NCBI RefSeq assembly: GCF_036321535.1
Contig: NC_087437.1
Span: 7,812,001-7,876,000, forward strand
DNA length: 64,000 nucleotides
Source: Camelus dromedarius
Lineage: Eukaryota
Direction of reading: 5' to 3'
The notes beneath the pieces were generated by a model that ran no database searches, was not told the origin of the DNA, and saw only the letters and a program-made list of their open reading frames with translations. Both the position numbers and the translations under genes were made by a program. Positions 24,716 to 39,322 of the stretch are shown piece after piece. Positions within the stretch are counted from its first letter, which is position 1. The number at the start of each line of letters is the position of its first letter.

Positions 24716-27700
24716 TAAGTTTATTTATCATCAGCTTGGTCAGCTCATTATCAGTGTGAGACTTTATGTGTGTCTTTTTCAAGTGGAGAATTTAACTTTC
24801 TTCGTGCCCACTTCCCAACTGTGACGTTAAAGACCAGTCATTCTGTCATTTTTATTATAAATTAAAAGTGACAGTAATTTTAAAATTTGCTTCAAAAATT
24901 TAACTTCAATCATGCAGTATTTTTCTGTGGGTTTCCTTAGTACTGCTGAAAGTTTTACAACCTGTCTAGTAACACAGCCTGCTTTTAAAAGGGCATATAG
25001 TTACTTTTCCATAAATGTATAGTTTGATATACATGTAAGCAAATTAATGCACCATTTTAAAACATATGTAATGTGGGTTTTTTTAGGGTAAATTTTTAAT
25101 TCACCAGAAAATTATGGTGAATTTTTAAATTTGGTAACCCACACAATTTAAAATTGTGGTGAATTTTTAAATTTAACAACTTGTAACAATTCAAGGAATG
25201 GAATACAAAGGCATTTTCTATAGCATTACATCAACATAGGTACAAATTTGATGGCTTCTATGTAAATACTGTTGTTTGTAATGCATGATTCAGTCGCATT
25301 TTCTTATTTTAAAAAGTTCTACTAACAGCTGAAAGAGTTAATCCATTGCCTTTTGCTTCCAGCCCCGATTTCCTCCGTCAATTGAGACCCATAATTAACG
25401 TTTTCACACCTTTGCTGCTTCCATGTATCTCTCAGAAGTGATGTAAACGCACATGGCCATTCTAAACACGCCTATGTGGTATTGGGACTAAATCCAAACA
25501 AAGCTAATAAATTATTAATATTTTCTCTCTGTGGTTAACATTCTTTCAACAGAGATTGACTGTTTTACTTTCCCTATGGTCATATTGTCTTATGGGCCAA
25601 TTTAAATCAATACTGACTTTGATCAACTTAAGCATATGGCTTCACAGTTGATCTATAGATATTTAATAAGCGTTCACTCTGCCAACAAAATAAATTAATA
25701 TGTAATGTTGTAGGGGAAAGTATCACCAAACAGCTGTCAAGCCATAATTTATTCAAGCAATTCCATCGTCCAGTCAGTTCATAAAGGCATTTCTTACTCT
25801 GATGCCTGGGGAGTAAGTTGACGTACAGGGTTTGTTACAGGGATAGATTTGTTCTCCTTATACACCTTCATTTCACGTCCCGGTAATTGTGTTTTCCCAC
25901 CAGTTTCTTCATTGTGGTTTAAAAGGAGATGGCGAAGCACTGATAAAAGCCCTCTTCACAAATGGCATTAGTCTGCCTAATTATAATTAATCGTAAGTTA
26001 TAGCTCTAACCAGGATGGTTTGCAAATGCATCCCATCAACTTCTCTTTCCCCGATGATAAGGCAAGCTGATTAGCAAGTATCAGTAACGGAATTCTGAGC
26101 AATGGAGACTGTAAGGGACCGTAGAGATCTTCTTTTAGAAGTAAGGAGACTGAAACCCAGTGTAATTAAGAAACTTAGATCTAGGTTCTACATCTAGACA
26201 GTGAGTAATCCACAAAACCATAAAATTAGTAATTAGTAAGGATGAGAACCATGTCCCTTGCCAGGGCTCAGCACAAAGTCTGGCACACATGTCAGTGCTC
26301 CATAAATATTTATTGGATAAATAAATCAGCTGGAATTCTTTCTAGGGTGTCAAGTTTAGCAGGATGCTGGTGCTGTTTTAATAGCTGGGATCACTGTGGC
26401 TGAAATCACCATACTCTAGTCACCCAAGCTATGAAAGTGTAGCAGTCCTAAAGTTATTCCAAACATCAGTTGCTTAATAGAAAATGTGAATGGTCATCGT
26501 AGCTAGGCAGTGCATCGCGATAAATTCTCCTCAGATACACAAAATTTGAAAATTTGCTGTATGCCAGTCTTCCTGGCTGTCTTTACATCTTGCATCAGTA
26601 CCCAACTTTGAGTTTTTGAACAGCAATTTAGATTTCTAATAAAACATGCAAGAAGAAAAATTGTCAAGTTTAACAGTCTTGGTGTCAATGATAAATCAAG
26701 AATTCTTCAGTACCATGTGCTGTTTATCCCCTTAGTGTCTATAAATACAGATTTCTTTTTTTTCTTCTTCCAAATAGGCTCAATTTCGAGGTTTAAATTC
26801 AATATTAATTCAAAGATAATACCTAGAAATAAGTCAATAATTTACAATTTTTTGATCTGCCAGAAGTATTTATGAAAAGCTCAGGTATTCATGATTAATT
26901 TGGCATGTCTCCTTTTACTGTCAAATATAATAAAATTGACTTTCATTGAAGCCTGCTTCATGCCAGAGACTTTGTTTCTAGAAATTCTGAGCACAATAAA
27001 AAATAAAAATTTAGAAGTTAAAAAATGTAATTGGATTAAGGTTGGCCGGGGACAGTTTGTTCTATAACATTCCGAAGAAATTGTTTGTTAGTTTTGGGTG
27101 GGCCAACTGTTGGCTGTTAGTTCCCTATGAAATAGAGCAGAGTGACCATTAAAAAAAATAAGTTAAACCCAAGGCAGAACAACATTTGAAGACAAAGCAG
27201 AAATGCTTAAGTTGTGTCCTTAAATCTAACGCCAGTGTCCTTTATGAACTTGGTCAGATTACCTCAGCTTTTCACCTCAGTTTGAGAACTGAGTAGATTT
27301 TCTTTTGGATTTCTCTCATGGACACCGAGTGAATTAATGGCTCTGTCTAAAATATAACCCAAGCTGCCATCAGTTTTTTTGTTAACACTTCCAGTGATGT
27401 GCAACTTCCTGCTAAGTGAAACTGATTCAAACCAATTTTAAGATTTTAAAGATTTCAGTAGTTGTCCAATATTATCTAATCAGCAGACTCAAAGAAGTGA
27501 GCTATTCCCAGGCAGGTGAATTCCAACCAAAGACTGAAAGGCAGAGGAGTTACAGATGAAATATCAGAGGGCACTGTCTGTGGGGTGCAGCACAGATAAC
27601 TTGAATGAAGTAATGATAACGTCCTCTCTTCTTGCAGTGGCCTGAGTGATGAGCTCAGAGCTTTTATGTTTTGTTTCTTTTTTTTTTTACTGGAGAAAAT

Positions 27701-28154
27701 GGGATTTTACGCTGTCACAGGGCATTAAAACTATGACATGTGTTTTGCCTTTTTATGTAGTAACCTCCATTGTCCTTCATGCCCAATGGCTACCTCTGCC
27801 TCTCAGCTTCCTCCTCCCACACCACCCTCCTGCCTTGTAGACATATTGAGAGAGAAATAAAACAACCTGAGTATATTAGAAAGCTAAGGTGATGCTTGTA
27901 TTATTGTCCAAATTGCTAGAATCAGAATTTTAATACATCTCCTGATGGTCTCACCTCAGAATCATGGAGCATTTTTACAGTCAGAAAAACCAAGCCATTA
28001 TTATTTCCCTTAATGGTTAAAGCAACTGTGATTTTTTTTTAAAATGTCGACTGCTTTGTCTCAAGTCATTTACTGAGTCCTGTGAGGGACCTGTCAGGGT
28101 CTCACCTGTGACCTACAGCTCCTAGCTCTAGGGCTCCTGGGCTTTGTTCTCTAG

Positions 28155-28353
28155 ACCCGTTTTCTCAACTGAGGACAATTTTGCCTGCCAAGGGACAGTT
28201 GGCAATGCCTGCAGGTATTTTTGGTTGTCACCTCTGGGGGTGGGGGGATGTGCAATGCTGCTGGACATTCTACCCTGTACAGAACACCCCTCCAACACAA
28301 CAAAGAAATATCGGGCCCCAAATCTCAACAATGCTGAGGCTGAGAAACCCTGC
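28155..28353. mobile_element. MER20 (hAT-Charlie) DNA transposon
   Basis: 'tttctcaact...gggacagttggcaatg...tttttggttgtcac...gccccaaatctcaacaatgctgaggctgagaaaccctg'; ends tttctca/tgagaaa are inverted. Confidence 0.8.
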
Positions 28354-28446
28354 CCCAGAGAAAGGCACGTCTTCTCTTTCAGTGTCATTTCAGAGAAGTG
28401 AAGCCTGTAAATCAAACAAAGTTACCAGTCCTCAGCTTGCTTCTAA

Positions 28447-28710
<264 letters not shown>

Positions 28711-29112
28711 TAGCGCAGCGACCTAAACACACGGGCAGTGCCTGGAGATCATTTATATCAGGAAAGGCACCTGTCATGACCTCACTTCAAAAAGTCTCTG
28801 AACAGATAGCATCTGACTGTCCAGCAGCTAGCTGAGCAATTAGATAATTATCTAGAAGTCAAACCTGGGTTTTGTTATCAACATTTTAGAAAAGTATTAT
28901 TTATGGGTGACTTCTTTTAACTCGGTTTCTTTCTTGTTTATTTTCCTGTGCTTACAACCAGAATCAATTTCAGTGACATATAATATTTAGCTAGAGATGT
29001 GTGATTTCTCCTGAATTTAAAGATTTCCAGGTAGAGTATGTGGTTCAGAATTTGCTGTCTGTAATTGTTCACTACTCCACTGCTTGGCATGCATCTTGCT
29101 TAAGAATATCTT

Positions 29113-29138
29113 TTGTTGTTGTTGTTGTTGTTGTTGTT
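29113..29138. repeat. (TTG)n microsatellite
   Basis: About 8 TTG units read directly. Confidence 0.9.
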
Positions 29139-32100
29139 AACCGATTCCCAAAGCAGTCTATCTTAAAATGACTAAATATGCATGAAAACATTCAAGCCAA
29201 AGACTGGCACACTGAAAGCATAATGAACATTTTATGAAATTATATATTTGCTGCCTGTTTCAGTTTATACAAACAGCGTCCCTGTCAAATATGTCCTTTA
29301 CTGCATCCTGTGATTAAGCTGCTCGTGAACATGACTTCATTAGATGTGTCAGAGAGACAAATGGTCTAATAGGAATGATTGTTGAAAGGCAAGCCAGAGC
29401 ATGTAGGCATAGCAGTCTGTATCAACAGAAACCTTGATCTGCTGCCTTCAGCTTTGTCCAAGGTATTTGCCATAGTCAGTTTTTCCCCTGGGGGTCTGAG
29501 AAGCTCTGGTTTTGATGAACCCATAGTGGGCAGACATTTTGTTTGTCATCAGTATTCTCCGCTTTGAAAGACAGAATCCAAATTGTGTATTCCCTCATCT
29601 TGGTTGAGTTTATCAAATGACAGTCAGCACATAGATGGTACCCCTTTCTGAAGTTCAAGATTACCAGTTTTGAATGTGCTCTTCTCTCCACTGACAACAG
29701 CAAACAGCAAAGGAAGTATCAATATTATTACGAATCTATTTGTGCTAAGTACTCTGACCATCTGAAACATCCCCTTTAATGCGTAAAATGACTATTTAAG
29801 GTAAGTGTCGATCAGTTTTTATGGGATGAAACCAGATGCAGAATGGTTAACGAAATATGTGTGTGATCACACAAACTTGTAAGTGGCGGGAACACAGAAT
29901 GGGCACAGGTAACATGTCATTTTAAACTCTGTACGCTACGAGTTACGTTGCCTCTTCTTGAAGACTCTTTTCTTGTCAGTCCTTCCAGTAGATCAGGTTT
30001 TAAGACAATAGGTGCCTTTTATGTTCCCCATGACAGCCTATTGTGACAACTGTTTTTGAATAGGATGGAAGCAACCAAAAAAAGGAAAAAGAAAGGAGGG
30101 CAGAGAGAAATAGCCAACATTCCTTAGCATGGACAAGTGGACAATGTTAGAACGCGACCCCTACTTTCTATTTGATTACATTTAAGGTCCTTATCTTTAG
30201 TCGATTTTTGATCCTCTTTTTCTCTTTGCTACAGCATTAATCACACTGATTTTAAAACTCCAATATCTGAATTGCCTGTGGGACTGTTTTCATTCTGTTA
30301 TTTCTTTTGGGGTTTTTTGGTTTGTTTTTGTTGGGGTTTTTGGGGGGGGGGTTGGTCATTTGGTCCCGTTTTCTTAGCAGATGTCATGATTTTGTTTAAA
30401 TGTAGATGTTGCTTAGGAAAAAGTGTCTGTATTATTTTCGTCCAAATAGGGTTATATTTTCTTTTGGCGGATAGGTCAAGTACCAGCAAGTCACCTTCAT
30501 CCTGTCCACAGTCCCTCTTTGGCCTTGTTAGGCTGATCTGTTTCAGTTCTGCCCTTACTCTGGTGGTGTAGCCCTCACTCATAAGCCATGCTTTTTCAGG
30601 AGCTCAGCTAAAATTCTGAGATGTCTGCCAAGGCTCCTCCTATATGGTGAACCCGAAATTCACAGCCTCCATCTCCTTAGCACCACATACATGGCTGCTG
30701 GAATCTCTGCTCCACCATTCAGCCTTTCAGCGGCTGTTTCCGTCTGAGTTTCTTGGAGCACTGCCCTGTGTGTGTCAAGTTAGGAGCTGGCTAATGGTCA
30801 AGGGCCACATTGATGCAGTTAACCTCTTCTCTGGGACTGACTCCTCAAATCCCAGATGGTTTGGAGCACCTGAACGTCCTCCTCCGTCTCCTCCGCCAGT
30901 AAGACTCCTTTCATTCAACAACGAGTCCCCCTCACAATGAAACAGCTGATGCCCTGGGGAAAAAATACGTGGATAAACGTGGTGCCCACACTGCTGTGCT
31001 CCCCCCCCCCCCCACCCGCCAGGGATGACAGCCCTTTGAGTCTTACTTTGCTCTCCAATGCTCTCAGTTATTTTTTGTATTTTGTCTATGTATTTTTTAC
31101 TGGAGTATCAGTTCAATATAAGTATTTCATTATGGCTGGAACTAAAAGTGCTGTTTCTTTACAGAGGGCTCCTGAGCTACATTTATAAGGGCAGTTGTTC
31201 TGTATTTCCTGATCTTCTGTCACTCAAAGCTTCTATGTACATATATCTCTAAGATCCTGGGATGCTGTGCCTTCTAAAGACTAAGCAAATTTGAATCACT
31301 GTTACCCATAGTTTTATACTCGGAGGGGAGAAGTCTTGTGCTGTTTCTGAGGATATTATGACTTTAGAGGAAGCTTATATTCTGACATTTAGTGGATTCC
31401 TGCTCTCTGCTCTGAAACTCTGCCCTGGTGTCAGACTAATGTGGAACCCAGCCCCTTTCCTTAATTTCCACCCACACGCAAGCAAAAATACCCAATCACA
31501 CAGGGTTTCTGACAGGTTGAAGCCTTTGTGGAAGGCTGGTCACTGGGCTCTGGAAGGAGGAACATTTGCACAATGGAAATGCAAACCACATGAATGCAAC
31601 TTCGCTGCAAATCCTGTTCTTAAAACTTCTGTGGCCTCTCTGCCATGTTGTCCAGGCCTTTATCATCTCTCTCATCTCTCTCCTCCCCTCTCTTCATCCT
31701 TTCCCTTCATCCCCAAATCCCCCATCGTTGCTGACACATACTGCTGATCTCTCTTTGATTGCCTGTGTCTTTCTGATTTCGCCTTCTCGATATCACCCTT
31801 TATACCAAGTCACTCATAAACTATCAAGTAACAGAGGTACCAGAACACCTGGGTGACGAGAAGACTGATCGTCAACCCGTTTTGAAATAAAGAACAAAAA
31901 AAGCATCTTAAGAAATAGTCAAAATTTAGAGGATACGTGCATGTTGAAGTGAGGTATGACTCTAGGACGGTGATAAATGATGTGACTTTAGAATGGTGCC
32001 CCATCCAGTTCTCATAGGAAAATTAATTAAGATGTAGAAAATATTTTCCAAGTCTATGGAAAGGGCAGCTAGCACTGTTCCGACCTCATGCTAATTATGC

Positions 32101-33137
32101 GTTTTATGCACTCAGCGTATTTTCTGTGTTTGCCCTTATTTATATTTCCTGGATGACCCCAGTAAAGACACAGATTAATGTAGCTACTTCTGTCTATGGA
32201 GATTATGAGAAATTTGCTTCCCGGCTTCTCGTGGTAAAGCCTATAAAACTGATTTTAGCACAAACTAGTTGTTGGCTGTGAAATTTAGCATGCCTTAATG
32301 TAAGAATTTTGAATTTGTGGGAGTGATTGACGAATACCTAAAATAATCTGTTTCAAAAAATTAATAACACGAACACACTGAAGACCAGGTACTGGTAGAT
32401 GTATCGCCTGTGTTTGGCACGTGGTAGGCACTGACTTGCTGGTGTGGTTGTGAAGCAGCAAATGACAATGGTTGTTGAAAAAAGATGATCAATTCTCCAG
32501 TTTTACCTTACTAGGGGTTACTCGAAACCTATTCAATTTTAAATGTGTTGGTTACCTCATTTTTTCCTTCATTTTTTCCACTGTTTTTCATATAACCTGA
32601 TCAGCATGAAAAAATAAAGTCTCCTCCTTCAGTCTCTCCCATCTTTAGTAAAGGGAGAGAGACCTTCCCGGGCTCCTGATGGTCAGTGGCCTCAAGGTGA
32701 AGATCTTTGAACTCCCATCTCTACAAGAGGGTACACCGAAGTTCAGAGAAGTTTCCTGAACACAGACAAGGGAGCCCGGTGCTGACCCATAGCCACTCCG
32801 AACCCCAGCATTCATCCCAATACCCCAATTCCCCCACCAGCACACACTGTCTCTGCACACACCCATGATTAGTGTAGTTACAAAACTGAATACTCTAGAG
32901 TCTTGACATTTAGAAACATAATTAATGAAAAACGTCCCAGGGTGATAGTATGCATTAAATAAATTGTATATATTAAACATAATTAAATGTAAAAGTTTCA
33001 CACTAACAGAAGAGTCAGCTTGCCCTCACCAGCCTGTGGGAGTTGCAGGTGTGTGTATGTGTGTGTGCAGCTGCTGAAACACCTCTCTCTGATGATGACA
33101 AATGACAAGTGATACAGTGGTCCTCCCTGCCTCTATT

Positions 33138-36100
33138 CTTTTTCTTTACATTGAATTATAATTAACAAACAATGTTATATTAGATTAAGATGTACAACAT
33201 AGTGGTTCAGTATCTTTAGATACTATGATCACCACAATAAATCCAGTTACCATCCAGCACCATACCTAGTTGTTACGACGTCGTTGACTATATACCCTTT
33301 GTGTATGTTACATCCCTGTGACTTATTTATATTTCGTAGCTGGAAATTTGTACCTCTTAATCCTCTTCACCTATTTCATTCAACCCCCAACCTTCTCCCC
33401 TCTGGGATCCACCACTTTGTTCTCTGTATCTAATAGTCTGTTTCTGTTTTGTTTGTTCTTTTGTTTTGTTTTTTTAGATTCCACATATAAGTGAGTATAT
33501 GGTACATGTTTTTCTCTGTCTGACTTACTTCACTTACCATAATACCCTCCAGGTTCATCCATGCTGCTGCAGACGTCAGGATCTTATCATTTTTATGGCT
33601 GAGTAATATTTCATTGTATAATATAACACATGTTCTTTATCCATTCACATATCAGTGGACACTTAGATTATCTCCACGTCTTAATTATGGAACTAGTGCT
33701 GCAGTGAACATAGGGGTACATACATCTTTTCAAATTAGGGTTTTCATTTTCTTCAGATAAATACTCAGAAGTAGAATTGATAGATTGTATGATATTTCTA
33801 TTTTAACTCTTTTGAGGAACTTCCATACTGTTTTCTGTAGTGGCTACACTAATTTATATTTCCACCAACAGTGCATGAGAGTTCCCTTTTCTCCACATCC
33901 TCACCAGCATCTGTTATTTGTTGCCTTTTTGATGATGGTTCACCATCAAATCTTTTGATGAAGATCACACCTTCTTACAGGTGTGAGGTGATAACTTCCT
34001 GTGGTTTTTATTTGCTTTTCCCTGATGATTATTGATGTTGAGCATCTTTTCATGTACCTGTTGGCCATCTGTATGTCTTCTTTAGAAAAATGTCTGTTTA
34101 TAGGTCCTCTGCCTATTTTTTAATTGGGTTGTTTGGGTTTTTTGATAGTGAGTTGTATGAGTTCTTTATATATTTTGGTATCAATCCTTTATTAAATAAT
34201 ATCATTTACAAATACCTCCTACCATTTAGTAGGTTGCCTCTTGGTTTTTTGGTAGTTTTTCTTCACTGTGTAAAAAGCTTATTAGTAGGATGTAGTCCCA
34301 TTTGTTTTATTTTGCTTTTGTCTCCTTTACCTGAAGAGACATCCAAAAGACTATTATGGAGACCAATATCAAACTACTGCCTATGTTTTCCTCTAGGAGT
34401 ATTATGAATCAGGTCTTACATTGAAATCTTTAGTCCATTCTGAGTTTATTTTTGTATATGGTATAAGAAAGTAGTCCAGTTTCATTCCCTTGCACATAGC
34501 TGTCCAGTTTCCCAACATTGTGTATTAAAGAGACTGTCTTTCCCCATTGTATAGTCTTGCTTCCTTTGTCATAGATCAACGGACTGTATGAGGTGGGTTT
34601 ATTTCTAAGCTTCTCTATTCCATTCCATTGATCTCTGTTTTTGTGCCAGGTTTTGATTACCAGGTACTATACTCTTTGATTACCAGCTTTGTAGCAGTTT
34701 CAAGTGTGGGAGCATGATACCTCCAGCTTTGTTCTTCTTTCTCAAAATTCCTTTGGTTATTTGGAGTCTTCTGTGGTTCCATAAAAATCTTAGGGTTATT
34801 TGTTCTAGTTTTGTGGAAAATGCCATTGGTGTTCTGTTGGGATTGCATTGAATCTGAAGATTGCTTTAGGTAGTATGAACACTTTAACAATATTGATTCT
34901 TCCAATTCATGAGCACAGTATAGTTTTCCATTTGTTTGTGTCATCTTCAGTTTCTTTCCTCAGTGTCTTATAGTTTTTAGAATACAGGTCTTTTACCTGC
35001 TTGGTTAAATTTATTCCTAAATATTTTAGTCTTTTTGATTCAATTATAAATGGGATTGTTTTCTTTATTTCTCTTTCTGATAGTTTGTTATTAGTATATA
35101 GAAATGCAATAGATTTATATATATTAATTTTATATCCTGCAGCTTTACTAAGTTCATTTATTAGTTCTAATAGTGTTTTGAGGATTTTCTATTTATAGGA
35201 TCATACTAGCTGTAAATAGTGACAGTTTTACTTTTTCCTCTTTAATTTGTTTGGCTTTTTTCTTTTCCTTGCCTAATTGCTATAGCTGCGACCTCTAACA
35301 CTATGTTGAACGAAAGAGATGAGAGTGGGCATCTTTGTCTTGTTCTTTATTTTAGAGAGAAAGCTTTCAGCTTTTCATCGTTGAGTATGATGTTAGCTGT
35401 GGGTTTGCCATATATGGCCTTTATTATGTTGAGATACATTCCCTCGATGCCCATTTTTTCAAAAGTATTTACCATAAATGCATGTAGAATTGTGTCATTT
35501 TTTCCCTCTATCTATTGAGTTGATCACATGATTTTTATTTCTTGTTTTGTTAACGTGATGAATCACATTGATCAATTTGCAAATGTTGAACCATCCTTGC
35601 ATCACTGGAATGAATCCCATTGATCATGATATGTGATCTTTTTAGTGCATTGTTGAATTCCATTTATTAATATTTTGTTGATGATTTTTACTTCTATATT
35701 CATCAGGGATGATATTAAGCTGTAATTTTTGTGTGTTTTCTTTGTCTGGTTTTGGTACTAATGTAATGCTGGCCTTGTAGAATGAGTTGGGAAGCATTCC
35801 TTTCCTTTCAATTTTTTGTAATAATTTGAGAAGAATAGGTATTAAATCTTCTTTAAATGTTTGTTTGATTTTACCAGTGAAGCCATCTGAACCTGGACTT
35901 TTGGTTTTTGGAAGTTTTCTTCATTACTGATTCAATTTTGTTACTAGTAATTGGTCTGTCTGAATTTTCCAGTTCTTCCTGATTCAGTCTTGGAAGACTA
36001 TGTTTCTAGGAATTTATCCATGTATCTGGGTTGTTTTATTTGTTTGCTTATAATTGTTAATAATGTTTTCTTACGATCCTTAGTATTTCTGTGGTATCAG

Positions 36101-38740
36101 TTGTAATTTCTCCTCTTTCATTTCAGATTTTATTTATTTGAGCTCTTTTTATTTTCTTGATGAGTCTGGCTAAATGTCAATTTTGTTTGTCTTTTCATAG
36201 AAGTAGTTCTTAGTTTCATTAATCTTTGCTAATTTTTTTTGTTTGTTTCTATTTCATTGATTTTCACTCTGATTTTTACTATTTCCTTTCTTCTACTAAC
36301 TTTGGACATCACTTGTTTTTCTTTTTCTAGTTCCTTTAAATGCACCTTTAGGTTGTTCACTTGAATTTTTTTTCTTTTCTTTCTTTCTTTTTTTTTTTTA
36401 TGTAGGCCTTTCTTGCTATAAACTTCCCTCTTAGAACTGCTTTTGCTGCATCATGTAGAATTTGGAAAGTTGTGTTTCCTTTTTGTCTCAAGGTATTTTT
36501 TAATTTCTTCTTTGATTTCTTCATTACTCATTGATTGTTTAGTAACGTGTTGTTTAGTCTTTACATGTTTGTGGATTTTTTTCAGTTTTCTTTTTATAGT
36601 TGATTTTTAGTTTCATACTATTACGGTCAGGAAAGATCTTTGATATGATTTTAGTCTTCTTAAATTTATGGAGATGTTTTGTGGTCTAACATGTGATCTG
36701 TCCTGGAGATGCTGCATGTGCACTTGAAAAATATGTGTATTCTGTGCTTTTAGATGGAATATTCTGTATAGATGTGTTAACTGCATCAGAGCTAATGTGC
36801 TACTTAAGGCCGTTGTTTCCTTATTGATTCTCTGTCTTCATGATCATGATGTAAGTGGGATATTATTGTATTTCTGTCAGTTTCTCCCTTTATTTCTGTT
36901 AATGTTTGCTTTACATATTTAGGTGCTCCTATGTTGGGTGCATAAATGTTTTACAAATGTTATATCTTCTGGTTGGATAGACTCCTTAATCATTATGTAA
37001 TGCCTTTGTCTTTGGTACAGTCTTTGTTTGAAAGTCTGTTTGTCTGATATGAGTATTGCTACCCCAGCTTTCTTTTCTTTTCCATTTGCATGAACTATCT
37101 TTCTCCATCCCTTCACTTTCAGTCTGTGTTTGTGTCTAGATCTGAGGTGAATCTCTGGTAGGCAGCATATGGATGGATCTTGTTGTTTTATCCACTCAGC
37201 TAGCTTATATAATTAAAGTAATTAAATTCATAGTAATTTTGGTGGGTATATGCTTATTGCCATTTTGTTAATTGCTTTATGCTTGGTTTTGTAATTATTC
37301 TCTGTTCCTGTCTCCTCTTACTTTATTCCCTTGTGGTTTGATAGATTTCTTTATTATTATGTTTGGATCCCTTTCGTTTGATTTTTTATGTATTTATTGT
37401 GGGTTTTTGGTTTGTGGTTACCATGAGTTTCATATATATTGACCTGTATATGCAGCCACCTATTTTGACCTGATAGTTGCTGAAGTTTGAAGATATTTTA
37501 TAAGCACTACATTGTTATTCCTCCCCACCAAGTTTTATTTTTTTTGTATTTCCCTTAACTAATAATTGTAGTTATTGGTGATTGTACTAATTTTGTTTTT
37601 TAACCTTCATATTAGCTTTTTAAGTGGCTGATCCACTGCCTTTACTGTCTGTCTTTACTAGTGAGATTTGTTTCTTTCATATATTTTCTTATTTCTAGTT
37701 GTCATCTTCTCTTTTTTGTTGTTGTTGTCTTCTCTCTTCCACTTGAAGAAGACCCTTTAATATTTCTTATAAGGTCAGCTTAAAGGTAGAGATCTCCTTT
37801 AGTTTTTGCTTGTCTGAAAACTATTTCTTCTTCAATTCTGAGTGAAAAGCTTACCAGATAGAGTACTCTAGGTTGTAAGTTTTTCCTTTGAAAACTTTAA
37901 ACGTATCATGCCACTCCCTTCTGGCCTGTAAAGTTTCTGCTGAAAAATCAGCAGATATTCTACAGGGCAGTTGAGGAGAGGGGTCCTTATATGTGTTCAG
38001 TTGCATTTCTCTTGCTGCTTTGAAATTCTCTCTTTGTCTGTAACTTTTGCCACTTTAATTATAACATATCTTGGTATGGATCTCTGTGAATTCATCTTGT
38101 TTGAAACTTTCTGTGCTTCCTGGACCTGGATATGTTTCCTTTCACATATTAGGGAAGTTTTCATCCATTATTTCTTCAAATAAGTTTTCTGTTCCCTTTT
38201 TCTTTTTCTTCTCCTTCTGAGACTCTTATAATGTAAATATTAATACCCTTGATGTTGTCTCAAAGGCCCCTTAAATACTGGATTTTTTTAAATACTTTCT
38301 TCTTTTTGGTGTCCTGATTGAGTGATTTCCACTATTCTATCTTCTAGGCTGCTTGCCTGTTCTTCTGTACAATCCTATCTGCTGTTGATTCTCTCTAGTG
38401 TATTTTTCATTTCAGTTATTATATTCTTCAGTTCTGCTTGGTTCTTATATTTTCTAAGTCTTTGTTGAAGTTCTCACTGTTCTCATTTTTCTCCTGAGTT
38501 TGGCGAGCATCCTTATGTCCATTTATTTGAACTCTTTATCAGGTAGATTACTTATCTCCATTTCATTAGGGTTTTCTGAGGTTTTATTTTGTTCTTTCAT
38601 TTAGAACATACTCCTCTGTCTCCTCATTTTGTTTCACCTTCAGTGCTTGTTTCTGTGAATTAAGTGAAATAGCTACCTCTCCGGTCTTGAAGGAGTGGCC
38701 TCTGGTGGGAGCACCCCCTGTGTAGACTAACGTGCCTAGC
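33138..38740 (-). mobile_element. Long decayed LINE-1 (ORF1, ORF2, 3'UTR; most of the 5'UTR missing), antisense
   Basis: Endonuclease fragment MKGWRKIVHANGKEKKAGVAILISDK at 36919..37116(-). Colinear similarity to the L1 at 820-6952; many disablements. Confidence 0.95.
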
Positions 38741-38744
38741 CTTA

Positions 38745-39322
38745 TCTCTGTCCTTATTCCCTTTCCACCCTCTGTCCTCAAGTCTACAGAAGCAGTCTTT
38801 CCAAAATATAAATTGGATCATGTCATTCTGTTGCTTAGAGTATTTCAGTGGATCCTCCTGAACTGTTAATAAAATCCAGGCTTATCATAACTTTCAAGAT
38901 TCTACACATTCCAGCTCCTTCCTGTCTTTCAAACTTATCTGATACCATCTTGGGTCCAGGATTATAGTCGAACACACTGATGTGCTTTCCCTTCCTTACA
39001 CATGCCAGGCTCCTGCCTGCCTCTCATGCCTCAGGGCCTTTGCATTGCTGTTTTTTTTTTCTTTCTGCAGTGCTACTCCTCTGGTCTTACCTGCTCACCT
39101 GCCCTGGAGTTTACCTCCCAGTCACATCACCTTGCTTAAATTTTTCTAGCATTTAACAAAATCTGAAGTTATTTTAATGTGTATATTTTCTTGTTTATGA
39201 TCAATTTCCTGCCAGAATGTCTATTTTATGTATTCTATTCTATATGTATCCTCTGTGCCTAAATCAGAGCATAATGCAGAATCAACATTGAATATATGTT
39301 TGATGCTTGAATGAATGAATGT
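38745..39322 (+). mobile_element. L2 3' remnant
   Basis: 'aaattggatcatgtcattctgttgctta', 'ctcagggcctttgcattgctgtt' and terminal 'tgaatgaatgaatg'. Confidence 0.75.

Noticed and set aside
33925..33972. Small hairpin/duplication (tttgatgatgg..ccatcaaa) inside the L1
   Set aside because: A local repair scar in a dead element with no functional indication.
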